Origin: Octopus sinensis
Lineage: Eukaryota
Direction of reading: 5' to 3'
Assembly: GCF_006345805.1 (NCBI RefSeq)
Contig: NC_042998.1
Location: 198,648,001 to 198,712,000 of the forward strand
Length of the DNA stretch: 64,000 nt
Shown here: piece after piece, positions 11,498-24,385 of the stretch
Numbering within the stretch: position 1 is the first letter of the stretch
How the letters are laid out: each line of letters opens with the position of its first letter
Translations under genes and position numbers: made by a program
The notes under the pieces: generated by a model
What the model saw: only the letters and a program-made list of their open reading frames with translations
Database searches by the model: none
What the model was told of the DNA's origin: nothing

Positions 11498-12795
11498 TTT
11501 TTTTTTACAAATGTCACTCTGATATTCAATAATCCTTCCACCGGTCGATATTGTAATGGGCTCACTCTGTAAAGATTTTTCACTTTTGTAAATCCTTGGA
11601 ACTGAGTCTATATTGTTCAAAAACAGTGGTATAAGAAGTGTCTAATGATTAATGTCCTCCATATTAATTATTTTAAAAGTTGAGAATTCTATGCAAGTAT
11701 CAATTTTAATTGGGTTCAGTTTCTTGGCTTGTATCTGAAAGGATTCCATTTACATTTGTAGAAATTATGCATTGTTTTTCTGTTACACTCGAATGTTTTT
11801 TGCTGACTGGATCCTTTTCAAACGACAAACATTGTAATATACAAATATACTTATAATTCTGTCATGAAATGTAGATATTGTAAATGGATTCTATGTACGT
11901 TAAGAATATAGAGTATGTATAAATGACAGATATACACAAGTTTTTTTTATATTCATGTTGTGTCATGGAAAACGGAATAATCAGTTAGAAAAAGGATAAG
12001 ATAGAAGACAGATTAGAGAGAAAAGAAAACTCTGTGTGTTGTCCTAATAGACCAGGGTTGTCCACCCAGATAGTAAAAAAGCGTACAACGTGTGAAGAGA
12101 TGGCAATATATATAAAACTCTCTTTTCCATTTAAACATTAAAAAAAGTCAGGAATATTAGTCACTCATTGGATTGTGATTAAAATCCATTTCCAAAGCAC
12201 TTGTAAAATTGGTGCAACGAATTCGTGTTGTAGTGGTCCATGACGAAATGAAAGACATAATATATGAAGGTGGTGGACCTGCGACTCTTGTATTAATGTT
12301 CATTATAGCATGACATAATATAATTACAAATATCAACGTTCACCTCAAGATGATACAATTATAAATATTACTGTTCACCAAACACAGTATACTGCTTATG
12401 GACTTTAACGTTCAACCTAACGTGGTACATTTATAAACATCATCGTTCACCTCAGACATGATATAAACATTAATGATATAATTACTAACAATCGTTAACG
12501 ACGATCTTCCCAACGATAATTAATGAAAGAAACGGGCACCGGTTGGAAGAGGAAAGACTGGCGAACTTTTGGACTTTCAGGAAATAATCATAAACGTTGT
12601 TACATCACAGTAGTGGTCCGATGACTGAAATAAATACAAGGATTCACTTTCAACCTAAACAAAGATGCAATTAAGTCGGTCGACGTAACATTAATTGAAT
12701 GAACGGTGTCGGTGACTCTTTGTCCCTCTGCTTGAATAACACCGGTGCTATAGCTTTAAAGGTCCCAAACTTAGTTCAATACACCCAGAACACCT

Positions 12796-13017
12796 ATTTC
12801 TTTATTACCCACAAGGGGCTAAACATAGAGGGGACAAACAAGGACAGACATAGGTATTAAGTCGATTATATCGACCCGAGTGCGTAACTGCTACTTAATT
12901 TATCGACCCCGAAAGGATGAAAGGTAAAGTCGACCTCGGCGAAATTTGAACTCACAACGTAACGGCAGACGAAGTACCGCAAAGCATTTCGCTGGGTGTG
13001 CTAACGCTTCTGAGAGC
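12796..13017 (-). mobile_element. SINE family A monomer
   Basis: Full family A unit flanked by CAGAACACCT direct repeats. Confidence 0.8.
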
Positions 13018-14057
13018 TCAGAACACCTTTTATTTAGTGTGTCTAGGGAGAGTCATTTTATTTTTGTGCCTTATTATGTAACAACATAATAAGGCACACC
13101 GAACTCTTATAAAGAATCTTGCAAACCAAATCCAAAAACGAAATACCTTTTATTTAACTTTGTTCAAATGTATAACCCCGGTTATAGACCAAAACACATC
13201 GCCTAACAAATTAACTTTTAATGTAGGAGACTCTGTGTAGTTGTTCAACTTGGTAGAAATAGCTACCAAACTACCCCTTCTACCTGAGAAACGAAAATAA
13301 CGACACATCGCCAGTGTAGTCCTTGAAATACAAAAAATGTGAGAGACTCCTCTGAATCATAATTCTGTGCTGAATAAGTTAATTCTTCACACATCCTTTC
13401 GGGGTCGATAAATTAAGTACCAGTTACGCACTGGAGTAATATAATTGGCTTAATCCCTTTGTCTGTCCTTGTTTGTCCCCTTGTGGGTAGTAAAGAAATA
13501 TAATTCTTCATTCAGAACGTGTAACAAAGGAAATAAAATTGATGACACACACAAAAGATCAGCCTGATATTAGGGGAAAATTGTCAAATATCTTTATATT
13601 CGTGTTTTAAAGACAATGAAAGGCGATAGCATTTCAATTGTGTTATTCAAGTAAATCATTCCTCTTCTGTAATAATTTACATCTAAAATGTTTTATACTG
13701 ACTTTACCATAATGTAATACCAGTAAACGGTTGTGTTATACAGAGATACCGACACATTTATTACTAGAGATATGTCTCTCATGCACCACATCTATTTCTT
13801 TCGTCTACCTACACACAGGTTACCTCCCTTTCTCCTTCTTCCAACGTAGTCTCCCATTCATTATATCTACTCCTCAATCCTACTCAATCTCTATAGACAT
13901 CGCCAACGCTTCCCTCCGGCATTTCTTTATTATTGACCATTTTTCTTCATCCATTCCCATTCCCCATCTATAACCATCCCTCACTTTCCTCATATACTCT
14001 TACAACATCTACCCACCCATACGCCCTATTCTTCTGTCTCTATTCATTTTTATTCAC

Positions 14058-14446
14058 TAATAGCAGTATCGCCCGGCGTTGCTCGGGTTTGTTTCGACCC
14101 TTTAGAATTGGAATTTTTGAAAAGTAAAAATTTTGCATTATGTAGCTTGTTATTCTCTTTAAGTGAACATTTTTCTGGCTGAAATACACCGAAAAATGGC
14201 AACACAGCAGTCAAAAAATCGTAAAAAATAGGGATTTTCATTGAAAAAAAAGCACCTTTTTGATGTAGATAATTTTTGGTGTTAAGATGGTCCGATTTGA
14301 ATTTTATCTTCTACGGAATGAAGAGCAAGCCTTCTTCTATCATACTCTCAATTTTGGCCAACTTGTGCCACAGGATCTCAGAGGAGATAGTTGAAAGCTA
14401 CCAAACCTGCCATACACAGACAACTTCAGCTTTATATAGAGAGAGA
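14058..14446 (-). mobile_element. Non-autonomous Helitron-like element (family D)
   Basis: Reverse complement of 34914-35307; TC 5' end and CCCGAGCAACGCCGGG hairpin near the 3' end. Confidence 0.75.
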
Positions 14447-14957
14447 TTTTAACCTTGATGGTCCACACTGACACCTTGTTACCACTATTTTATCTTTCCA
14501 GTTCCAACCTAGTTACTCTCATCCTCTCTTCTATAATGTGAGTATCCATGTACTCCTTTACAGCAAGAAACTTGTTCTGTTTTGGTCCCTTCTTTTATAC
14601 TTTGTCTTCACATCTAGCAGAAAGCCAACTTCATCTCCACTGTAGCCCCCACTCAACCAAAGGGGATCTTAGACTTGCTAGCTGCAGAGCGACATCATTA
14701 TAGGAGCTAAAAAAAAGCACCCAGAACACTCTGTAAAGGGGTTGCCATAAGAAAGGGCATCCAGATGTAGAAACCATACTAAAGCAGACATCGGAGCACA
14801 ATGCAGTCCTTGACTCTATTGGATCCTGTCAAACCATCCAATCCAAGCCAACATGAAAGATGGATGTATAGATGATGACTTTGATATTCCTTCTTCTAAT
14901 CACTCAGTGTGAAGGTACACTAAATGATTAAACAAGACAATTTAATATATAATATAT

Positions 14958-16260
14958 TATCATCATCATCGTTTAACGTCCACTTTTCATGCTAGCATGG
15001 GTTGGACGATTTTGACTGAGGGCTGGTGAACCAGATGACTGGACCAGGTTCCAATCTTGATCTGGCAGAGTTTCTACAGCTGGATGCCCTTCCTAACGCC
15101 AACCACTCTGAGAGTGTAGTGGGTGCTTTTTTACGTGCCACTGGCACAGAGCCAGTCAGGCGGTACTGGCAACGACCTCGCTCGAATTTATCCTTAACTT
15201 TAACTTGTCTTTGAAACCAACTTACAAAACAAAGGGTCTGATAGTCTTGTCTCATTTTAATATCAACATCTGTGTTCCATAAGTTTAATTATGTATTATC
15301 TTCATTATTCTCAATTTTACAATTATCATTTTCACATGCTTCAAGATGTGCTTTCCTGATTTGGTAAGTGTTGAGACAAGGATCAAATTGTTTTATTTGG
15401 CAAAAGCATTCGCCTTCAATATTCTAAAAGGTTTCACAATAAAACAAACCAGATGCCTCATAAATAAAAGGATTTGATTCTTGCCTCATCACTGATGAAA
15501 TTATGGAAATGACTATTTAGGAAACAAGTTGCAGGTTGAATGAAGACATGTCAAGTGATCTTCGGAAAAAAGAACATATACAAGAGGAAGAAATGATAAA
15601 GTCTGTTCTCGGGGTACATTTCATCATCATCATCATCATCGTTTAACATCCGCTTTCCATGCTAGCATGGGTTGGGTGATTTTGACTGAGGGATGGCAAA
15701 CCAGATGGCTGCACCAGGCTCCAATATTGATCTGGCAGAGTTTCTACAGCTGGATACCCTTCCTGGTAAAAGGAAAAAATGTTGAACATAAAAGACATAT
15801 AAACATCATCATCATCATCATCATCATCATCGTTTAGCGTCCGCTTTCTATGCTAACATGGGTTGAACAGTTCAACTGAGGTCTGGGAAGCCAGAAGGCT
15901 GCACCAGGCCCAGTCTGATCTGGCAATGTTTCTACGGCTGGATGCCCTTCCTAACGCCAACCACTCCAAGAGTGTGGTGGGTGCTTTTTATGTGCCACAG
16001 GCACAGGGCCAGTCAGGCGATGCTGGTAATGATCACGCTCGAATGGTGCCCTTTTACATGCCCCCGGCACGGAAGCCAGTTAGCCGCTCTGGTAACGATC
16101 ACGCTCGGATGGTGCTCTTGGCACTCTACTAGCACTGTCACAAGTTTCAATAAGGCGACACTGGTAATGATCACACTTGAATGGTGCCCTTTTATGTGCC
16201 ACTGCCATGGAAGCCAGTTAGCCGCTCTGTCAACGATCACACTCGTATGGTGCTGTCAGC
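14958..16260 (-). mobile_element. Cluster of three family C (RTE 3'UTR) copies
   Basis: Copies at ~14958-15185, 15625-15765 and 15805-16260, each starting from a (CAT)n tail; unique DNA lies between them. Confidence 0.75.
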
Positions 16261-17214
16261 ACATAGTAGTTCCTAGTAGTCAATGGTTAGTGACATTCTA
16301 AGTGCAAGTCTTACCTTTTTAATTCTGCTTTTGACTGTTTTATCGATGTTCTCAATTCTGAAATGGGACATGGTAGTCATCTTGCACACCTACATAAGAC
16401 ACCATGAGCAAATGTGGCAATTGGAGAGGAATGACTTCTGTCAATAAACATGGAAAGTGTACATGAATGATATGACCTCAAAGGTCATGTACAGAGCAAA
16501 CTTTACCCCTGTAATACATGACTTGCAAGTATACTAGGGGCCACACACAACTGGTCTCATCAACTTGGCTCACTCTCAATGAGTGTCAACTAAGTTGATT
16601 ATTCTCAGTCGGGAGTCGGTTGTAGGTTCTTGTAAAAGTACAACAGAGACTAACTTTTCCTTAATTGTCAACTATTACAATTCAGAAACATGCTGGTGCC
16701 TGTTTCTATAGTAACAAGTTAAGGATAGTCTGCTTAAATCTTCAAGTGCCTATTTTCTGAATGTTTGTACCACCTCGTTTTTGTCACTTTCACCTGTATG
16801 CTTTTGAGAAACAATCAGATATTTTCGGTTGCCGTCCTGTCACTACCTCATGTTCATAATTTTGAACTGTGTTTTTCTGGACCTTTGCAACCTTAATGGA
16901 AGTATGACTGCAGCCAACTCATTTAACCTTTCAAATATGATGGAGAAATTAAAAACCAAGGCAGATGCAGTTCCTGGAATAACCAACTGATGTATGCATT
17001 CCTCTAGTGCATTACATTTCTGACATGGAACAAAATAAGGAACATATATAGTCTTGTGACACACTCCTCTGAAAACCTGTTGCTCAGATTTTAAGCACCC
17101 TTCCTCTCGGTTGTGTTTACATCTTGAGAAGACTGCTTCATCAGTCTCAACAATCTTCCCAAGACTGCCTATCTGAACGGGTCCTCCACATATATTTCAT
17201 GAACATAGAAGGTG

Positions 17215-17625
17215 GCAAGCTGGCAGAAACGTTCGCGCACTGGGCAAAATGCTTAGCGGTACTTCGTCTGTCGTTATGTTCTGAGTTCAAATTCCTCCGA
17301 GGTCGACTTTGCCTTTCATCCTTTCGGGGTTGATTAAATAAGTACCAGTTATGCACTGGGGTCGATGTAATCGACTTAATTCCTTTGTCTGTCCTTATTT
17401 GTCTCCTCTGTGTTTAGCCCCTTGTGGGTAGTAAAGAAATAGGTATTTCGTCTGTCGTTACATTCTGAGTTCAAATTCCGCCGAGGTCGACTTTGCCTTT
17501 CATCCTTTCGGGGTCAATAAATAAAGTACCAGTTTCGCACTTGGGTCGATGTAATTGACTTAATCCCTTTGTCAGTCCTTGTTTGTCCCCTCTATGTGTA
17601 GCCCCTTGTGGGCAGTAAAGAAATA
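17215..17625 (+). mobile_element. SINE family A dimer
   Basis: tRNA-like head GGCAAGCTGGCAGAAACGTT..TTCTGAGTTCAAATTCC; junction AAAGAAATAG|GTATTTCGTC. Confidence 0.85.
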
Positions 17626-17905
17626 TATTTCATGAAAATAGCTGTTGTAATCAACAGCTGAACTGCAGTTCCTCCCCAGTTCTTCAACTCAAAAGCAGAC
17701 TGAAATCAATTCCTTGATCCATGAGTAAAGGGAAAAAAAGCAGTACAGTCTTTGGAGGGAGAGTGCTTCCTCCCAACGATATAACTTTCCTGACAGACAC
17801 TCTTTGCATGCTTTTCAGGAGCACCACCAGTAAATTTTACCCACATAGTATCTTGTTCATATATCTTTTTGTACATAACATTCTTTTAATATAGATTTTT
17901 CCATC

Positions 17906-17951
<46 letters not shown>

Positions 17952-19764
17952 AAATGAGAAAATGGAGAAACATACCTAAATCAATCATCAACCATCAGAT
18001 AATACCCAATCAATACTTTATTAAACCATTACACAACGTTATCCCATGGAGGGTTGAATTTACAACCCCTATCTCATTTTATATATATATATATATACAC
18101 GATATAGTGTATATTTAAACACATGAGGAATTCAACACACTAGAAAGAACAGCTAGGTTCTATAACCACAAAAAAGCATGTTGAATTCCTATGAGTGGAT
18201 TTCTCGTGTGTTTAAATATACACTATATCATATGACTAATATATAGTCTTCTGGACTAAATTTTTACACGTTGGATCACTGGAAATGTAAATCTTGATTA
18301 ATTTCCATTTCCTTTGATATGATTGAATATTGTAAGTTTTTGGATAATTTTCGGTTTTAAAAGTTGGCATTTTTTTATTGCCGGCGAAGGACTGCGGCTG
18401 CGCATTAGATTTTGAAAAAGTTAGGACGTATAAATATGGGGCAAGTAGTTTGATCACCTAGTGTGTATGCATTTAACCCTAGGTGGTCCTGCTGAAGAAG
18501 ATTGCACCTGGTATTTTGCACAAGCTGAAAGTTGGCAACACCTTGAAAGAGAGTTGAAAGTGACACCTGAATGCAGATTGTCCCATACTCTCTGCTTCCG
18601 TCTATCCTCAAATGTAACAGGAACTGACAAACCCAGCTCTCGCCATTGTAATAGAGCTTAACTAAAGCATGTTTGTAGAAAATTTCGGTAAAAATATCCA
18701 TTTTTTTTTTGGAAGTTATGAGGAAACAAAGCCGGGGGGATTCACTTGTGTAGATATGCCAGTTAGGTGCAGAAAACTATTTATTTGAGAATTTTCTTAC
18801 AGATTCGAATTTTATTTTAAAAACGTCATTGCAACTCAAATCGAGACAATGGGGAACAAAATATTATTTATGTTACTATAAAGCACAAATGACAAACTAC
18901 AGAATTGTCGATCTTGTCTGTTATATGATAATTTAGTGTTAACATAATTAACGTTGGGAGTATCAAAAGGCTAACTAGAAAACTTGTGCACTGAAAGAAC
19001 ACGATTCACAAAAGAAAATAGTAAGAAAATGGAAAGGAACGATAAGAGAATAGTTAAAAATAAAAAAAATAGGGGTATGCACACACCTTTAATTATACGT
19101 TGCATCAGAGAAAACTGGTGATCCTCTCAAAGAAATTTAGGACATACCACCGAAACAGTCGCGGGCAGTCCACCTCATCACTTTTCTTTATACTGTTGTT
19201 CGGTATAATGCTGGGTTTTTCGTACCAGCTGTGAAGGAAACAGCCATCTGCTACGGACTATTTAAGCCCAACCTTTACTCCAGAGAATGCCAGAAAGGCG
19301 ATCACTCCCCTTCTTGTAGGAACTGGTTCTAGGATTGGTAATATTTGCTCTTCAACAGTTTAAAGACGGCATCTCTGTCGTTGGTAGCGATGGTTTTTCA
19401 TCTTTTGAAATGTCTCACACAGTTCGTGAACAAATTTTCTTCTGAGAGTATTCTCCCCTACATTCGTTCTCTGCTCTGTGACGCTAAGATTGGAGCCTGT
19501 TGCAGCCATCTGGTTCGCCAGCCCTCAGTCAAAATCGTCCAACCCATGCTAGCATGGAAAGCGAACGTTAAACAATGATGATGAATTAGGTGAAGCATGT
19601 TTGAAAATCTGGTATCAGCCAAGGATGCAGGAGTTGCATAATTGTAATTTCATTTAACTGAAATAGTTCTTTTTGGCTCATTATACTGCGTATGTTAGCC
19701 TACATTTAACTGTTTGATACTGTTAATGCATTGTTGTAAATGCTTGGGTTGTTTAAAGTACTCA

Positions 19765-19796
<32 letters not shown>

Positions 19797-20144
19797 GCAG
19801 GCCAAATAAGCATACAGAGAGCCACTTTCTGGAGACAATTTTTTCTTGGTTGTAAGCATATCACATTGCCTGGTTTAAAACAATCCACTGATCCATGAGT
19901 ACCTTTAGCTAAATTTGCTTTGTAACAAACCAGCAGGAAGTTATAGCTATTGTGACTGCCAAAGCAATAATCCAAAACCACCGAAAAATCCTCCCTTCTT
20001 TAATGTCTGTAGGCTCTGGTCCAACTTATATTCAACCTATGACCTCGGACAGCACTGAAAACACATCTTATTTTTCTTTGAGACAACACTTTCACCTCTT
20101 ATCTTTTTGTCCAGAGTACACTGAAAAGCAATGTCTGCAAATCA

Positions 20145-20390
20145 TCATCATCATCATCGTTTAACATCCACCTTCTATGCAAACCAGATGGCTGCACCAG
20201 ACTCCAATCTGATCTGGCAGAGTTTCTACAGCTGAATGCCCTTCCTAATGCCAACCACTCAGAGAGTGTAGTGGGTGCTTTTAAAGTGCCACCGGCACGA
20301 GGGCCAGTCTGGCGGTACTGGCAATATCCACGCTTGAAAATGGTGTTTTTTACGTGCCACCTGCACAGGAGTCAGTCCAGATGTTAGGAA
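20145..20390 (-). mobile_element. Family C (RTE 3'UTR) copy
   Basis: (CAT)n tail and CTACAGCTGAATGCCCTTCCTAATGCCAACCACT. Confidence 0.7.
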
Positions 20391-21391
20391 CAATGACTTC
20401 CAGTAACTCTGGCTCAAAGTCTCCTTCCTCCACCCTTCAAAATATATCTGTCTCCAATACTGCTTTCTGAATCCTTCAACCCTTTGACAGTGTCTGTTTT
20501 TTGCACCAAGGTCATACACTTCACCAAAAACTAGTCTTCAGTGACTTCAACACTTAGAATTCTTCTAGAATCTCACACTAACCCCACACGGATACCACTG
20601 TCCAGAAAATAATTATTTCACAGTCTGAGCATCACTTAGTTTCATTCCTGTTCAGAGGCATTTGCTATTAAAGAATATTTTATCAAACATTTTATACATT
20701 CAAAGTGTTTTCAGAGGTTAATCAATTTTGAAAAACTGAAAAAAAAAAAAAAAGAAAAAAATCAACAAATATCGTTACAAGATTTTAATTAAAACCAATT
20801 ACAAATTTACATAAAAATGTGAATTTTTCATGATAAGTATCACTGAAAAAAATTTAACAAGCATTTTTCATTTCTTATTTACATTGTTAAAAGAAAGCTC
20901 GACTTTGTCTTTCATCCTTTCAGGGTCGATTAAATAAGTACCAGTTACACACTGGGGTCAATATAATCGACTTAATCCGTTTGTCCTCTCTGTGTTTAGC
21001 CCCTTGTGGGTAGTAAAGAAATAGGTATTTCATCCGTTTTTATGGTGAGTTCAAATTTCTTTGAGGTTGACTTTGCCTTTTGTGGTCAATAAAATAAGTA
21101 CAAGTTGAGCACTGGAGTCAATGTAATCAACTTATCCCACCTCTGAAATTGCTGGCCTTGTCCCAAAATTTGAAACCAATATTTTTCCTCTTGTGTATAT
21201 CTGCTGATGCTTAACAGCATGACTGTGAATGACAAGCAACAAGATTTCACATTTATAAGGATGTACCACAGACTTTTCCAAATCATGATTAATGAGAATG
21301 GCACTGAATGATCCTTCACACATTTCACATGTAGAGACAACAAAATGAGAATTCTATAGAGATTTGCTACACAGAATTCACTCTGATAAAT

Positions 21392-21695
21392 GTTCCTTCC
21401 TTCTCGTGCCACGCCTGGCTCATAAGGGCCAGTTTCCCGGTTTCTTTGGCATATAGGTTCCCCACCTGGATGGGACGCCAGTCCGTCGCAGGTGAGCTGC
21501 CAGATGCAGGAGGAAAGAATGAGAGAATATTGTGGCGAAAGAGTCAGCAGAAGTTCGCTATTGCTTTCTGCCGGAGTTGCTTGGAGCTTAGGTGTTTTGC
21601 TCATAAACACACACACATCGCCCGGTCGGAGATTCGAACCTGCGATCTCTTGACTGTAAGTCCGCTGCTCTAAGCACTAGGTCATGTGCCTCCAC
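21392..21695 (-). mobile_element. tRNA-derived SINE with V-domain-like body
   Basis: Minus head GTGGAGGCACATGACCTAGTGCTTAGAGCAGCGG..GGTTCGAATCTCC; internal TGCGACGGACTGGCGTCCCATCCAGG resembles the V-SINE core as I recall it. Confidence 0.65.
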
Positions 21696-21743
21696 TGACA
21701 AACGTTCTTCAATGTGTTGCTAGACTTGCAAGAGATAGTTGTC

Positions 21744-22802
21744 TCACATTTCAATGGATATTCCTCCTGTGTGTATCCGTTCATGTTTCTTCAAGTGACT
21801 TCGAGCGATAAAGGACTTCTCACAGATTCCACAGTGATAAGGCCTTTCCCCACTGTGCAATAGTTCGTGACGTTTTAAATCACTATTATTGACAAAAGAC
21901 TTCTCACACATTTCACAGCGGTAAGGCTTTTCCCCAGTGTGTCTACGTTTGTGGATTCTAAGCTGAGAATTTTCAACGAAGGGTTTCCCACAAATATCAC
22001 AGCGAAACGGATTTTCCCCAGTATGAATTCGTTTGTGAGTCGTCAAATGACTGTTACACACAAAACATTTCCCGCAGATCTCACAGTGGTATGGTTTCTC
22101 TCCCGTATGGATTCTTCTGTGAACTACAAGACTGAAGTTAACAGAGAACGATTTTCCGCAGATCTCACAGCGATAGGGTCTCTCCCCTGTGTGTGCCCGT
22201 TGGTGAATTATAACATTCGAACTGTTAATAAAAGACTTCCCGCATACATCACATCGAAATGGTTTCTCTCCGTTGTGTTTTTTAACGTGTGTCGTCAAAT
22301 TACTGTTAGACACGAATGCTTTTCCGCACGTTTGACAGCAATATGGTTTTTCTCCCGTATGGCTACGGATGTGGATTGTAAGGCTGGAATTTTCAACGAA
22401 GGACGTCCCGCATATTTCACAGTGAAACAGATTCTGTCCAGAGTGTATCCGTTTATGCGTTGTTAAATTACTGTTGGAGACAAAGCACTTCCCACATACA
22501 TCACAATTGAACGGTTTTTCTCCAGAGTGCATTCTTCTGTGTGCCTTCAAGTGGTCATTAGACACGAACGATTTGGCACAAGTTTCACAACGAAATGGTC
22601 TTTCACCAGTATGTACTCTCTTATGGACTGTCAGCCTAGAATTTTTAATGAAAGATTTACCACATATTTCACAGCATAACAGGTTTTCCCCGCTATGTAA
22701 TCTGTTGTGTGTTTTCAAATTTCCCTTGCTCACAAAAGATTTTCCACAAATTTCACAGCGATAAGGTTTTTCCCTATTTCCCTCAGGTTTTGAAGAAAAC
22801 AT
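21744..22802 (-). CDS. Poly-C2H2 zinc-finger protein, 12 fingers (ZNF2), 352 aa
   Basis: ATG at 22802, 12 tandem C2H2 motifs with TGE(K/R)P-type linkers, TGA at 21744-21746; no KRAB or BTB domain in this exon. Confidence 0.93.
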   Translation of the reverse strand: MFSSKPEGNREKPYRCEICGKSFVSKGNLKTHNRLHSGENLLCCEICGKSFIKNSRLTVHKRVHTGERPFRCETCAKSFVSNDHLKAHRRMHSGEKPFNCDVCGKCFVSNSNLTTHKRIHSGQNLFHCEICGTSFVENSSLTIHIRSHTGEKPYCCQTCGKAFVSNSNLTTHVKKHNGEKPFRCDVCGKSFINSSNVIIHQRAHTGERPYRCEICGKSFSVNFSLVVHRRIHTGEKPYHCEICGKCFVCNSHLTTHKRIHTGENPFRCDICGKPFVENSQLRIHKRRHTGEKPYRCEMCEKSFVNNSDLKRHELLHSGERPYHCGICEKSFIARSHLKKHERIHTGGISIEM

Positions 22803-22874
22803 CTTCCTTCTGGATGCTGATCTTTGATTAGGAAAAAATGATTCATTTAATTAAAGCTTTCTCACCACTATATT

Positions 22875-23200
22875 TCCTTGCCTTTCATCCTTTCGGGGTC
22901 GATAAATAAAGTACCAGTTCCGCACTAGGGTCGATGTAATCGACTTAATCCCTTTGTCTGTCCTTGCTTGTCTCCTCTATGTTTAACCCCTTGTGGGCAA
23001 TAAAGAAATATCATCATCATCATCGTTTAACGTCCGTTTTCCGTGCTAGCACGGGTTGGACGGTTCGACCGGGGATCTGGGAAGCCAGAAGGCTGCACCA
23101 GGCTCCAGTCTGATCTGGCAGTGTTTCTACAGCTGGATGCCCTTCCTAACGCCAACCACTCCGCGAGTGTAGTGGGTGCTTTTTACGTGCCACCTGCACA
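22875..23200. mobile_element. SINE family A fragment (+) abutting a family C copy (-)
   Basis: TTGCCTTTCATCCTTTCGGGGTCGAT..AAAGAAATA followed by (CAT)n-CGTTTAACGTCC. Confidence 0.75.
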
Positions 23201-23975
23201 GAAATATATATTGGTACAAACAGTTGTATTAGATGAACCAAATAGATTAATGTCCACTGTTGATTGACAAAGTTTTCTTAAAACTTGAAAAATGTCCGTC
23301 AGTATAAATATATTTTGTTAATCACTTTCTTGTAATTAACAGCATGGCACTGTTTATAAGTGAAAATTATCCAATCATTTTATGCTTACCCCAAGAATGC
23401 TCATTGCTCACAGGACACTCTGCAAGTCGTAGGCATTGTTGTACTCAAAAACATTTTTAGTTTTACATTAAGTTTTTGGTTATACTTGATGGTTGTTATG
23501 TAAGAAATTAAATAATATATCAATGTCTATAAATAAATGGTAGCAGACATTCTAGTGAAATCGGCATTCTTCGAATGGTATGAGGCTGTAAAAGTAAAAA
23601 AAGATAACGGTGTAAAACTGATGTCTGGGAAAAGAATGGCGTGTGTTTCCAAATAAATAATGGGCATGCACAAGTGTATGTGAGCCAATAAATTAGGACG
23701 GTTCACCACGAATAATGTGGAATGATATTAACTAGCACTCTGTTGGTTATGACGGCGATTGTTCCACTTTATCTGATCAACGTGAAATTAACAGGCAAGT
23801 GGCTGACCACTCCACAAACATGAGTACCCTTAACGTAGTTATCAGGGAGATTGAGCGCGACACAGAATGTCATAAGGTTGGCCCTAAGAATTACAGTTAC
23901 AACTCATTTTTGTTAGCAGAGTGGATTAGAGCAACGTGAAATAAAATTCTTACCAGATGATTTAATTCCACAGGG

Positions 23976-24385
23976 ATAGGCGTAGGAGTGGCTGTGTGGT
24001 AAGTAGCTTGCTTAAAAACCACATGGTTCCGGGTTCAGTCCCACTGCGTGGCACCTTGGGCAAGTGTCTTCTACTATAACCTCGGGCCGACCAAAGCCTT
24101 GTGAGTGGATTTGGTAGATGGAAACTGAAAGAAGCCTGTCGTATATATGTATATATATATATATATAAGTGTGTGTGTGTATGTTTGTGTGTCTGTGTTT
24201 GTCCCCCTAGCATTGTTTGACAACCGATGCTGGTGTGTTTATGTCCCCGTCACTTAGCGGTTCGGCAAAAGAGACCGATAGAATAAGTACTGGGCTTACA
24301 AAAGAATAAGTCCCGGGGTCGAGTTGCTCGATTAAAGGCGGTGCTCCAGCATGGCCGCAGTCAAAATGACTGAAACAAGGAAAAG
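23976..24385 (+). mobile_element. SINE family B
   Basis: Full-length match to 2891-3296. Confidence 0.85.

Noticed and set aside
11498-11620. Track start of ZNF1 at 11620
   Set aside because: The codon is TTG, not a normal eukaryotic start; many track ORFs begin at TTG or GTG.
12327-12470. Four degenerate ~35-bp repeats around ACGTTCACC upstream of ZNF1
   Set aside because: Too diverged and short to distinguish from chance in AT-rich DNA without computation.
15488-15530. Possible hammerhead core (CTGATGA..GAAAC)
   Set aside because: I could not form convincing stems I-III by eye; an Infernal scan would be needed.
16300-19500. Several 60-98-aa ORFs in non-repeat-looking DNA
   Set aside because: No recognisable motifs or consistent splice pattern; probably old TE debris.
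21939-22764. Plus-strand ORFs (175 aa, 96 aa; likewise 10650-11522) over the ZNF genes
   Set aside because: Antisense shadow frames of repetitive C2H2 codons, with no independent motifs.
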